A DNA stretch of 42,986 bases from Dehalococcoidia bacterium. GTDB taxonomy: Bacteria; Chloroflexota; Dehalococcoidia; UBA2247; RBG-13-53-26. The notes beneath the pieces were generated by a model that had not been told where the DNA came from, searched no databases, and was given only the letters and a program-made list of their open reading frames with translations. The first letter of the stretch is position 1, and each line of letters starts with the position of its first letter. Positions 35,071 through 42,986 of this stretch are shown here, one piece after another. Both the position numbers and the translations under genes were made by a program. The DNA lies in contig JAFGCL010000033.1 of NCBI GenBank assembly GCA_016932645.1, positions 1-42,986 of the forward strand, in the 5' to 3' direction.

Positions 35071-36270
35071 CTACGAACGCTCGTCCAAAGATTTGAAGGT
35101 CATGCCGGCTTCCACACCAGGCAAGGGGGCCACCGGCTCTGTCAGCAGGAACTGCCCCTTCTGTATCCAGTCCTTCAGCAACTGGGCAATCTCCACGGCC
35201 TTGGGGTAGCTGGAGAGTGACGCCGTGGGGACTTCCTTGCCTTTCACCTCTATCTTGCCGCTCTTGAGCTGACCGTAGCTCACCTCGCCCAGGATATCCG
35301 GTTTCCTCTGCGGGTAGGCATCCGAGTAGTCGACTATCGGAGCAAAGATGTCCTCATCCTTGACCGCCGCATAGCGCAAGTTATCTTCAGACAGTATGGG
35401 AATCGGTACACCGATCCCCACAGCCAAGGTGCATCCATACCCCAGGAAGCTCATGCCTCGGAGCCATTCGGGCTTCATCTGCTTCAGGTCGCCGATCACA
35501 GCCAGCGTGCCCCCACCACGCTTTGGCACGCCGTTCTCCGTCCTGAGCGCGCCGGGGCTGTGCTGCGTACCGTGCCAGGCGACATAGCCCAAGCCACCTC
35601 CCAGGAATATCCTGGTACCAACCCCGATCGTCTTGTAGTAAGGGTCATTAAGCAGCGGCGACAACTGGCCTGCCGAGCAGTAGTTGGCATTGCCCAGGTT
35701 CGGCTTCAGTACCCCCATGTAGGTGTATATCGTCTTGTCGGAGAGATTGACGCCGACATTGTAGTTCTGGTAGGCGTTCCTCATGTTGAATAGGACGGCC
35801 TCGTTAATATTCTTCAAGCTGATCGTGGTCTCGATCTTCTTGCGCGGATAGCAGTCCGTTCCGTAGCCGGTGCCCACGAACTTAACGTTCTTGCCAGCCA
35901 CGAGCTCCTCGATGACATGGCCCCCGCCGTAGAGAAACTCGCCGGGGTAGATGCGGTTCCGCGGATCGTTGTCCGGCATGGCCGTTGCCCCCAGGAAGAA
36001 GTCCACGGCGGCAAAGCCCGTGTATACCGGCACATCGTTCAGGTAGCTGTTCCCCCCACCCAGTTTGATCCTCGGTTTGGAATGGCCCACATTGAAGTAG
36101 GCCCCGGACGAACACATTGGCCCGAACGTGGCTGTGGTCACCACGTCCACTTCACGCGTCGCCTTCTCGATGCCCCTCTTCTCGACAATCCCAATCACTT
36201 CTTCTGCCGTCGCCACGAAAGCCTGGCCCTTGCTTATCTTCTCATTGATCTCCGCTATCGTTCTGGTCAT
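35071..36270 (-). CDS. COG1900/DUF39 homocysteine biosynthesis protein (MA1821-like, without CBS domains)
   Basis: 399 aa with [21 protein letters not shown]...LNDVPVYTG...[17 protein letters not shown], typical of COG1900. Confidence 0.85.
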   Translation of the reverse strand: MTRTIAEINEKISKGQAFVATAEEVIGIVEKRGIEKATREVDVVTTATFGPMCSSGAYFNVGHSKPRIKLGGGNSYLNDVPVYTGFAAVDFFLGATAMPDNDPRNRIYPGEFLYGGGHVIEELVAGKNVKFVGTGYGTDCYPRKKIETTISLKNINEAVLFNMRNAYQNYNVGVNLSDKTIYTYMGVLKPNLGNANYCSAGQLSPLLNDPYYKTIGVGTRIFLGGGLGYVAWHGTQHSPGALRTENGVPKRGGGTLAVIGDLKQMKPEWLRGMSFLGYGCTLAVGIGVPIPILSEDNLRYAAVKDEDIFAPIVDYSDAYPQRKPDILGEVSYGQLKSGKIEVKGKEVPTASLSSYPKAVEIAQLLKDWIQKGQFLLTEPVAPLPGVEAGMTFKSLDERS

Positions 36271-36932
36271 TTCTGCCTCTTTTCGTTATCCAGCGTTCTC
36301 GTTTCCAGCATGGCCTCCAGCTTCTTGATCCTCTCCTCCAACATGCCTTGCTGCTCGGCCATTGAACGCATGGCCTCGCTGACCGGATCAGGCAACCTGC
36401 CGTGGTCCAGATCAGCGACTGCCCCTCTCTTCTCTTCAACTATGCGCCCCGGCACCCCCACCACGGTGGCCCCAGCGGGCACCGACTTCACCACCACCGA
36501 GTTGGCCCCCACCCGCGCACCATCCCCCAGGGTAATAGGCCCGAGCAGAATCGCCGCGGAGCCGATGACCACGTTGTTCCCGATGGAGGGATGCCGTTTC
36601 TTCTTCTCCAGGCTTGTCCCGCCCAGGACAACCCCTTGATACATGAGAACATCATCCCCAATCTCAGTTGTCTCTCCGATAACCACGCCCATACCGTGAT
36701 CTACGAAGAACCTGCGGCCGATCGTGGCGCCCGGATGGATCTCCACTCCGGTCGCGAACCGCGCGAAATGCGAAATCAGACGGCCAAGCAGCCGCAACCG
36801 GTGACGCCAGAACCAGTTCGCCCAGCGGTAGCACCACAGTGCATGAAGCCCCGGATAGCAGGTGAGCACCTCCAGCAGGCTCCGCGCCGCTGGATCCCGG
36901 GCGAATACAGTCTTGACATCCTCACGGAGCAG
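36267..36932 (-). CDS. cysE: Serine O-acetyltransferase CysE (left-handed beta-helix). The 5' end is uncertain: first canonical start is GTG 36869, but the conserved N-terminus extends to about 36950.
   Basis: Contains [34 protein letters not shown]. Upstream in-frame [28 protein letters not shown] matches the CysE N-terminus. Only CTG 36932 or ATA 36950/36941 are available as starts. Confidence 0.85.
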   Translation of the reverse strand: MLREDVKTVFARDPAARSLLEVLTCYPGLHALWCYRWANWFWRHRLRLLGRLISHFARFATGVEIHPGATIGRRFFVDHGMGVVIGETTEIGDDVLMYQGVVLGGTSLEKKKRHPSIGNNVVIGSAAILLGPITLGDGARVGANSVVVKSVPAGATVVGVPGRIVEEKRGAVADLDHGRLPDPVSEAMRSMAEQQGMLEERIKKLEAMLETRTLDNEKRQK

Positions 36933-36946
36933 TCTAAATATCTTCT

Positions 36947-37726
36947 CTATCCTTTCTTCACTATGGTCCGGGCCAATTCTGCAGCCCTCTTACCGGAGAT
37001 CAGCATCCCGCCGAATATAGCCCCCATACGTGGAGACCCGAGGACGGCATTGGCAGCCATGCCCGCCACGATCAGGCCGGGATACACCTCTATCGTGTTC
37101 TTCACCAGGTCCGCCTCACCCCTCTCCGCCCACATGGATTTCTCTCCCACTATCCCTCCGGTCGCTGTCTTCAGCTTCGGCCCCGTCTTCCGGACCAGGA
37201 TATGGCATACATCACTTTCGTGTCCGGTGGCATCAATAACCACCTTGGCTCTCACCGTCAGAGGGTCTACATGCATCTTGGCCATATTGACCGCAGTCCA
37301 TTGCAGCACCAGACCACTGACCCTCTTGTCACCACGGATCATCAGGTCTTCCACAGTCACCAGGTTGAATATCTTGGCGCCTGAACGTATGGCGCCCACA
37401 CAAAGCGAGGAGATCGCCTCCAGAGCGTCGGCAGTATAGTACCCGCGTTTGTACAATTTGGTACGCACTCCGAACTCGTCCAGTATATCTTTGCCTTCCT
37501 TCTGTAGAACCACCCGGTTAAACATCATGCCACCACCAGGCATCCCGCCACCGACACGGAGTTGCCTCTCGAACACCGCCGTCTTGAGTCCCGACTTCGC
37601 CAGGCAGTGTGCCGCCAGAAGACCGGACGGCCCTGCCCCCACCACCGCTACGTCGACTTCCATGGACTCCATGAATTCCTTCATGAAGCTCTCGGTGATG
37701 GCACGCGAAATGATCACTTCATCCAT
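36947..37726 (-). CDS. thi4: Thi4-family thiazole synthase (archaeal/sulfide-dependent type)
   Basis: 259 aa with [16 protein letters not shown]...[18 protein letters not shown]...VIDATGHES. Confidence 0.85.
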   Translation of the reverse strand: MDEVIISRAITESFMKEFMESMEVDVAVVGAGPSGLLAAHCLAKSGLKTAVFERQLRVGGGMPGGGMMFNRVVLQKEGKDILDEFGVRTKLYKRGYYTADALEAISSLCVGAIRSGAKIFNLVTVEDLMIRGDKRVSGLVLQWTAVNMAKMHVDPLTVRAKVVIDATGHESDVCHILVRKTGPKLKTATGGIVGEKSMWAERGEADLVKNTIEVYPGLIVAGMAANAVLGSPRMGAIFGGMLISGKRAAELARTIVKKG

Positions 37727-37762
37727 GCAACGACTCTCCTTCTACTCTTCCATTTCTTCCAT

Positions 37763-38728
37763 TCAGAACAGGCCGGCGCTCAAGTACCGCTCGCCCGAGT
37801 CCGGCAGGATGACCACGATCAGCTTGCCCTTGCTCTCTTCCCTGCCCGCTACCTGGAGCGCGGCCCAGGCGGCCGCTCCCGACGATATGCCTGCCAGAAT
37901 GCCCTCTTCCCTGGCCAGCATTCTGGCCGTCACCTTCGCGTCTTCGTCCCTCACTTGCACTACCTCATCTATCAGGTAAAGTTTGAAAACGTCCGGCAGA
38001 AAACCGGCGCCGATTCCCTGGATCCTGTGCGGGCCTGCCTTACCGCCGGACAGGACCGGCGAAGCTGCCGGCTCCACCGCTATTGCTCGAAATCCCGGCT
38101 TCCGGCCCTTGATGGCCTCAGCTACCCCGGTTATCGTGCCGCCGGTTCCCACGCCGGCTACCACCATGTCCACCCTGCCTTCCGTGTCTCTCCAAATCTC
38201 CTCCGCCGTCGTCTCGCAGTGAACCCGCGGATTGGCCGGGTTCTTGAACTGCTGCGGCATGAACGCCTTTGGCGTCTCCACCACCAGCGCCTCCGCCCTT
38301 CTGATCGCTCCCGCCATGCCATCATTGCCCGGCGTCAATACAATCTCAGCGCCTAACGCCTCCAGAAGCTGCCGTCTCTCCACAGACATCGTCTCTGGCA
38401 TGGTGATAATCAACCGATATCCCCTGGCAGCGCAGACGAAGGCCAGCCCGATGCCGGTGTTGCCGCTGGTAGGCTCCACTATGACCGACCCTTTCCTTAT
38501 TCGACCCGCTTTCTCAGCTGCATTTATCATAGCCAGACCTGTGCGGTCCTTAACGCTGGACAAGGGATTGAACGACTCCAGCTTGGCCACGACTGTGCCG
38601 TTCAGCCCACCAGCGATCCTGTTCAACCTGACCAGTGGGGTATTGCCCACCAGTTCGGTGACATCGTTGGCAATCCTGAGCCTCACAGATCCTTCCATTG
38701 TCTTGGGATTCCTGTCACGCACTGCCAC
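37763..38728 (-). CDS. cysK: Cysteine synthase (O-acetylserine sulfhydrylase) CysK/CysM
   Basis: Contains [13 protein letters not shown], the [12 protein letters not shown] lysine and GTGGTITG. The start may be ATG 38698 rather than GTG 38728. Confidence 0.9.
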   Translation of the reverse strand: MAVRDRNPKTMEGSVRLRIANDVTELVGNTPLVRLNRIAGGLNGTVVAKLESFNPLSSVKDRTGLAMINAAEKAGRIRKGSVIVEPTSGNTGIGLAFVCAARGYRLIITMPETMSVERRQLLEALGAEIVLTPGNDGMAGAIRRAEALVVETPKAFMPQQFKNPANPRVHCETTAEEIWRDTEGRVDMVVAGVGTGGTITGVAEAIKGRKPGFRAIAVEPAASPVLSGGKAGPHRIQGIGAGFLPDVFKLYLIDEVVQVRDEDAKVTARMLAREEGILAGISSGAAAWAALQVAGREESKGKLIVVILPDSGERYLSAGLF

Positions 38729-38775
38729 TTCTACACACTACCCGCACATGATCTGAATCCGGCCGGCAGGATCAC

Positions 38776-39219
38776 TCAGATCGAGTACGTCTCGGATCTC
38801 GATGTGACTTTGGCCCGCTGCCGATCCACCAAATCCCTCAGAGTGAGCGATTCCAGTACTTCCATGATCGCTGCCTTAATGTCGCTCCATACATCGCGGG
38901 TCACGCACCCTTCAGAACGGGCACACAACCCGGCATTGTCTACACACTCCACCGGGGCCACTGACCCCTCCAGGACTTCAATGACCCGGCTCAGCCTGAT
39001 CTCTTCCGGCGGCTTGGCCAAGGCTATGCCGCCCTTCGCCCCACGAATGCTCCTCAGCATTCCGGCCCTTATCAGCGGCGCTACCAGATGCTCCAGGTAC
39101 TGTGGAGAGATCTCCTGCCTTCGAGCGATGTCCTTCAGGAGCACCGGCCCTCCATTACTGTGGAGGGCTATGTCCACCAGCGCCCTCACTCCGTATCGTC
39201 CCTTCGTCGATAGTCTCAT
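38776..39219 (-). CDS. Rrf2-family transcriptional regulator with three Cys ligands (IscR-like)
   Basis: MRLSTKGRYGVRALVDIA...ISPQYLEHL wHTH, followed by CVDNAGLCARSEGC (CX7CX5C). Confidence 0.9.
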   Translation of the reverse strand: MRLSTKGRYGVRALVDIALHSNGGPVLLKDIARRQEISPQYLEHLVAPLIRAGMLRSIRGAKGGIALAKPPEEIRLSRVIEVLEGSVAPVECVDNAGLCARSEGCVTRDVWSDIKAAIMEVLESLTLRDLVDRQRAKVTSRSETYSI

Positions 39220-39230
39220 TCCTTCGTTTT

Positions 39231-39278
39231 CTTGACTAAAGTAATCAAGATTATGGTATTAACGCATTCCGTTGTCAA
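39231..39278 (-). promoter_or_regulatory. Promoter plus palindromic operator candidate for the Rrf2-led sulfur operon
   Basis: Minus strand: TTGACA (39278-39273), 18 nt, ATAATC (39254-39249). This is immediately followed by the imperfect palindrome CTTGATTACTTTAGTCAAG (39249-39231), 11 nt before the ATG. Confidence 0.4.
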
Positions 39279-39324
39279 GCTGCGTAATGTTCGACGGCCC
39301 CTGGAGAACGGATGTAGGCCTCAA

Positions 39325-40239
39325 CTATGAGAGGAACACTGGGGACTGATCCGTGATGATGGGCTTCCGCACACGCATGGCGTCGCGGAGGTATCGTGGC
39401 AGGTGGAACATGCCATGATGCGTCATGCCATCGTAGAAACGTAACTCCCGGCCTACTCTGGTGGAGAGGCGGTGGTTTATTTCACCAGCCGACAGAGTCA
39501 GAGGATCCAACCCCCTCCCAGCTAGCGTGAATCCCCATAACCCACCGAAAGATGGAACAACGGCCGCGTAGGGAAACACCTCGGGGAAGACCTCACGAAG
39601 CGTGCAGTTGATGGCAGTGAAGACCGCCATATCATGCAGATTGCAGGGCCCGGACTGCACAGCGAGTACGCCACCGGGTGCCAGCCTGTCAGCGACAATC
39701 CGATAGAACTCGCGTGTGTACAGCATCCAGGAGGGTCCGCCCTCCACAGGGTCTGTAATGTCCATCACTATCGCATCAAACTCCTGTCTGGATTCACTAA
39801 GGTACTTCCGGGCGTCGAGGTGTAGTAACTCCATCCGGCCGTCATCGAAAGAACCTTGATGCAGAGAAGGCAGAAAGCGCCGGCAGACATCAACCGCTTC
39901 TTCATCGATGTCAACCATGACCGCCTTCTTTACGGAACGGTGGGCCAGCACCTCCCGAAGCGTGGCTCCTTCACCGCCACCGGCGATGAACACGCTGGAT
40001 GGCCCAGGGTGACTGATCAGCGCCGGATGAACCAGTGCCTCATGATAGATGAACTCGTCCCTCTGGCTCGATTGGAGCTTCCCATCCAGCACGAGGCAAC
40101 GCCCGAAATCACAGGTGTCGATGACCTGCATCGACTGATACCGGGTCTGGCCCGTAAACAGAGTGCCCCGGACGCGGTACTGCTGCACGAAGTTCGGGTT
40201 TATGGCGTCAGAAAACCATACACTAGGGTCATCATCCAT
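39325..40239 (-). CDS. speE: Spermidine synthase / polyamine aminopropyltransferase
   Basis: 304 aa with LVLDGKLQSSQRDEFIYHEALVHP, GGGEGATLREVL and DSTDP-like DITDPVEG. Confidence 0.9.
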   Translation of the reverse strand: MDDDPSVWFSDAINPNFVQQYRVRGTLFTGQTRYQSMQVIDTCDFGRCLVLDGKLQSSQRDEFIYHEALVHPALISHPGPSSVFIAGGGEGATLREVLAHRSVKKAVMVDIDEEAVDVCRRFLPSLHQGSFDDGRMELLHLDARKYLSESRQEFDAIVMDITDPVEGGPSWMLYTREFYRIVADRLAPGGVLAVQSGPCNLHDMAVFTAINCTLREVFPEVFPYAAVVPSFGGLWGFTLAGRGLDPLTLSAGEINHRLSTRVGRELRFYDGMTHHGMFHLPRYLRDAMRVRKPIITDQSPVFLS

Positions 40240-40242
40240 GAT

Positions 40243-40614
40243 CTACCCGACCAGTTTCCTCTCCCGTACAAACACGCCCCTCTTCACCTCCAGGAGAGAA
40301 GGGTCCCTGCTACCGAGTTGCCTTATCAGCGCGTCCGCCGCCACTTCGATCTTCACCGTGGTCCCGCATGTGAAGATATCCACCGCCGCGTAGGCATGTT
40401 CCGGCCACGTATGTAGTGAAAGGTGGGATTCAGCAATGAGAACCACACCACTCACCCCCTGTGGCGCGAAATGATGAAAGGACTTGTCGAGCACGGTAGC
40501 ACCAGATTCTTCCGCAGCAGAGACTAGAGCTTTCTCAAGGTACTTGAGGTCATCCAGAACCGCTTCGTTGCACTCTCTGAGTTCCAGCAGCAGGTGTCTT
40601 CCTAGAGCATCCAA
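40243..40614 (-). CDS. speH: S-adenosylmethionine decarboxylase proenzyme (pyruvoyl, SpeH/SpeD class 1)
   Basis: 123 aa with the GVSGVVLIAESHLSLHTWPE self-cleavage site (ES) and DIFTCG. Confidence 0.9.
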   Translation of the reverse strand: MDALGRHLLLELRECNEAVLDDLKYLEKALVSAAEESGATVLDKSFHHFAPQGVSGVVLIAESHLSLHTWPEHAYAAVDIFTCGTTVKIEVAADALIRQLGSRDPSLLEVKRGVFVRERKLVG

Positions 40615-40689
40615 TCACCTTCCCTCCTCGTTCAGATTATCGCTATTCCATGTGGACGACATGGAACGTCGATCACAGCACAAGTAGAA

Positions 40690-40718
40690 ATTGTATACGC
40701 CATCCACCGCTTTTTCAA
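40690..40718 (-). promoter_or_regulatory. Candidate promoter of speH-speE
   Basis: Minus strand: TTGAAA (40718-40713), 17 nt, TACAAT (40695-40690). Confidence 0.4.
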
Positions 40719-40833
40719 TACTCCTTTTTTGACGGGTCTTCTGGCAGCAGCCATATGCAACCGCGGAACCATGCGCAACGAACGCATGGGTTGCAAAGGC
40801 GGGGTGCCCATACTATGATGATACATCACGATC

Positions 40834-42012
40834 ATGCACCATAGACCAGACACCCCTCAGGAGCCATCCCACCCGCCAACCCCGGTCTCTCCACTCCAAC
40901 CGAACCGTGTTGGCGCCCGGCTCAGTGACCTGGCAAACGCCTTCCTCCACATACAGATGCTCTGGGTGACTATGGCCGCAGCCCTTGTCTACCTCTCGTA
41001 CATTCTGAACCTCAGCCCGGTGCTTCGCTGGATAGGCCTGGCGCTGGCCTTCCTGCCCTTCCCTTTGCGGCTGGCACGCAGCGGCATCGGGTCTCTCCGA
41101 ACACCCTTTGACCTCCCAATCGTCCTGCTCCTGACGGGTGCCGTAGTTGGCTTCTGTGTCTCTGACAATCGCACCATCAGCCTCGGTGCACTCCAGTGCA
41201 CGGTTGCCGTCACGCTCTTCTACTATTCATGGGTCAACTCTTCACGCTTGGCCAACCTCATCAAATGGGTCATCATTTCGTTCGCATTGGTCTTCATCCC
41301 GGTTTTTGTCTTCTCCATACTTGATGTGTCGCTTATCAACAGGCAACTTGACTTCACTATACGTGGCTCAGGCACGCATCATGGCCTCGCCATGTATCTT
41401 GCCATCGAGGTGGCCATCCTTCTCGGAATGGCTGCCTTTGACAGAAGCAAGAGGACCAAAGTGGTCGCCATCGCCCTCTGTCTCCTGTTCCTAGTGATAA
41501 TTGTGGTGATGACTTGGGATTCCCTTAACAGTCTCGTCCATGGCGTGAGCGTCACTGGCAGATGTCCAATATGGGAGAAGACCGCTTCGCTCTTAGCGGA
41601 CTCTCCTCTCACCGGTCTCGGACTCGGCTGCTGGGCGCTGGCACGATGGGGAACCACCGTCTTGGGCACCGATGAGATCGGTGGGATTACGCACACTCAC
41701 AACGCGTACCTCGAGCTCTACTCCAACACCGGAATACTCGGGGCACTGGCCCTCCTGGTCGCCCTCGGGATAGGCCTGATACTTTCCCTGGACATCATCA
41801 GATCTCCACGTACTCACCCCTGGTATGGATTCGGCGTCGGCGTGATCCTTGCCTGCGTAGCCACGCTCCTGGTCGCCGGAGTGGAAAGCGCCCCCATGGG
41901 GGTGCCACTGGTGGCAACCGACACCTACTATTATGTCGTCTCTCCGATTGCCTGGATGCTCTGCGGACTTCTGTTTATGTCCCATCGACTCATAACCAAG
42001 AGCCCTGGGTAG
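40834..42012 (+). CDS. O-antigen ligase / Wzy_C-domain polytopic membrane protein
   Basis: 392 aa with many TM helices and the motif THTHNAYLELYSNTGILGALALL, typical of O-antigen-ligase-like proteins. The start is uncertain (Pro-rich N-terminus). Confidence 0.7.
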   Translation: MHHRPDTPQEPSHPPTPVSPLQPNRVGARLSDLANAFLHIQMLWVTMAAALVYLSYILNLSPVLRWIGLALAFLPFPLRLARSGIGSLRTPFDLPIVLLLTGAVVGFCVSDNRTISLGALQCTVAVTLFYYSWVNSSRLANLIKWVIISFALVFIPVFVFSILDVSLINRQLDFTIRGSGTHHGLAMYLAIEVAILLGMAAFDRSKRTKVVAIALCLLFLVIIVVMTWDSLNSLVHGVSVTGRCPIWEKTASLLADSPLTGLGLGCWALARWGTTVLGTDEIGGITHTHNAYLELYSNTGILGALALLVALGIGLILSLDIIRSPRTHPWYGFGVGVILACVATLLVAGVESAPMGVPLVATDTYYYVVSPIAWMLCGLLFMSHRLITKSPG

Positions 42013-42341
42013 TGGTAAGATGACCCGCAGCAGATGCGATGAACATGCGGCAGGTGGTCGGTCTTTCCTTCTTCAGTTCGGCACAGACCGCCAGACTATT
42101 GAGAAGAGGATCCATGGTGCATCGCCGCTCTTGCTTGCCTTGCCACGAGCGCAACGCCGGTCGTCTCCACACCCGGAATGCGGCGGGAAGTTGCCAGTGT
42201 CGTGCTGAGCGTATCCCACGTCAACCCGGCAACCGCTCAGTTGAGTCAATAGCCGAAGTCCAGCCAGCAAGGTGAAGGGTGGATAGACAATACTGCTTCG
42301 CTTTCCCGGTGAACGCAGTTACTGTTGGAGACGATGCCTAG

Positions 42342-42845
42342 GTGAGCACAAACCGGAAGAAGCCGTCCCCATCCCAGGGCAGAGTAGGCCTGCCTGTGGC
42401 GATTCTGATGGGTATTGTCGTCGTTCTGTTGGTCTGGCTTCCTCTTCACGGTTGCGCTATGGGACCCACCCCATCCAGCCTCTCTACCATCAAGGACCTG
42501 AGGAACGGCGAGAAGCCCGGTTCATATGTGGCTCATGGCTTTGGCGAGATCGACGGCAACTTCTATACCAACAGCCGCGACGCCTTCGTGCTGAACTATG
42601 AGAGAGGATACCGGACTTTTGAAGTTGACTTGGTGCTCCTGCAGGATGGATCGGCCTTCTGCGCTTATGATGGGGCAGAATCGATGTACGGTTTGGACAA
42701 GCCCTTCACGGAGACAACGGCTGCTGAACTCCCGGGCAGATTGTGTCTTGGGAAGTACACCCCGCTAACCGGAAGCGATTTGCTCGATCTGATCAATGAA
42801 TACACGGACGCCTGTTTCCTTCTGGACACCAAGCGCACCGCGTAG
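42342..42845 (+). CDS. GDPD / PI-PLC-X-like phosphodiesterase family protein. It is interrupted by an in-frame TAG, and the frame continues open to the window end.
   Basis: N-terminal TM/lipobox-like segment, then VAHGFGEIDGNFYTNSRDAF..GYRTFEVDL..DG. After the TAG the frame reads NSNHAILEALVSEAREKHPSVLDRMTP..., which matches the usual continuation of this family. Confidence 0.6.
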   Translation: MSTNRKKPSPSQGRVGLPVAILMGIVVVLLVWLPLHGCAMGPTPSSLSTIKDLRNGEKPGSYVAHGFGEIDGNFYTNSRDAFVLNYERGYRTFEVDLVLLQDGSAFCAYDGAESMYGLDKPFTETTAAELPGRLCLGKYTPLTGSDLLDLINEYTDACFLLDTKRTA

Positions 42846-42986
42846 AACTCCAACCATGCTATCCTGGAAGCCCTGGTATCCGAAGCCAGAGAAAGGCATC
42901 CCTCGGTGTTGGACAGAATGACACCTCATACTTTCGGGCCTGCGGATCTGTGGGAAGTGGCGAAGATACACCGCTTCAGAGACTAC

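Noticed and set aside
36402-37439. 345-aa plus-strand ORF. Similar long antisense ORFs occur at 5014-5925, 19964-20677, 21036-21842, 21879-22646, 24753-25244, 25475-26002, 30890-31510, 34495-35220, 35917-36639, 37562-38356 and 39856-40416.
   Set aside because: Each overlaps, on the opposite strand, a gene with strong family motifs. None has recognisable motifs of its own.
1-42986. Genome-wide stop-codon reassignment as the explanation for the in-frame TGA, TAA and TAG
   Set aside because: TGA (thiC, cinA, recA, metV), TAG (4166 gene, thi4) and TAA (methyltransferase) all terminate well-defined genes at the expected lengths. The three in-frame stops therefore need local explanations.
1-42986. 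CRISPR arrays, rRNA or tRNA genes, prophage or integrase genes
   Set aside because: No regularly spaced repeat arrays, rRNA signatures, cloverleaf candidates or integrase/recombinase ORFs were found on reading both strands.

Overview
GC-rich, gene-dense bacterial window (bacterial-type RecA/RecX and PcrA). The gene content suggests an anaerobic, possibly Chloroflexota-like organism, but that is inference only. Contents from left to right follow. (1) Cofactor genes: a cobalamin riboswitch pointing off the left edge, a SAM-dependent methyltransferase, thiC behind a TPP riboswitch with a terminator, and cinA. (2) A roughly 10 kb cell-envelope block: two signal-peptide, C-terminally anchored surface proteins; an STT3/AglB/PglB-type oligosaccharyltransferase with a WWDYG motif; three small paralogous sequon-rich proteins; a secreted protein; and a repeat-bearing membrane protein. 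(3) Polyprenyl synthase, a PflX-type radical SAM enzyme, acylphosphatase and menA. (4) An operon joining a HoxEFU/NuoEFG-like diaphorase module to metV-metF. (5) recX-recA, nadE and a DUF72 gene. (6) A lower-GC islet with a REP-associated tyrosine transposase (RAYT)-like gene flanked by two unknown ORFs, then pcrA. (7) A long minus-strand sulfur-handling operon: Rrf2 regulator, cysK, thi4, cysE, COG1900, NIL-ferredoxin, UPF0280, nifS, YHS, fdhD, nadA. (8) speH-speE, an O-antigen-ligase-like protein, and a GDPD/PI-PLC-like gene interrupted by TAG at the right edge. The most unusual signal is an in-frame TGA between the signal peptide and the first repeat of a surface protein. It is followed 8 nt later by a perfect 9-bp hairpin with a GGUC loop, which resembles a bacterial SECIS, so this is a candidate exported selenoprotein. 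Other leads are the OST plus sequon-rich mini-protein family, the diaphorase-MetVF fusion operon, conserved N-termini without canonical start codons, and REP-like G/C hairpins near the RAYT. No rRNA, tRNA or CRISPR array was seen.
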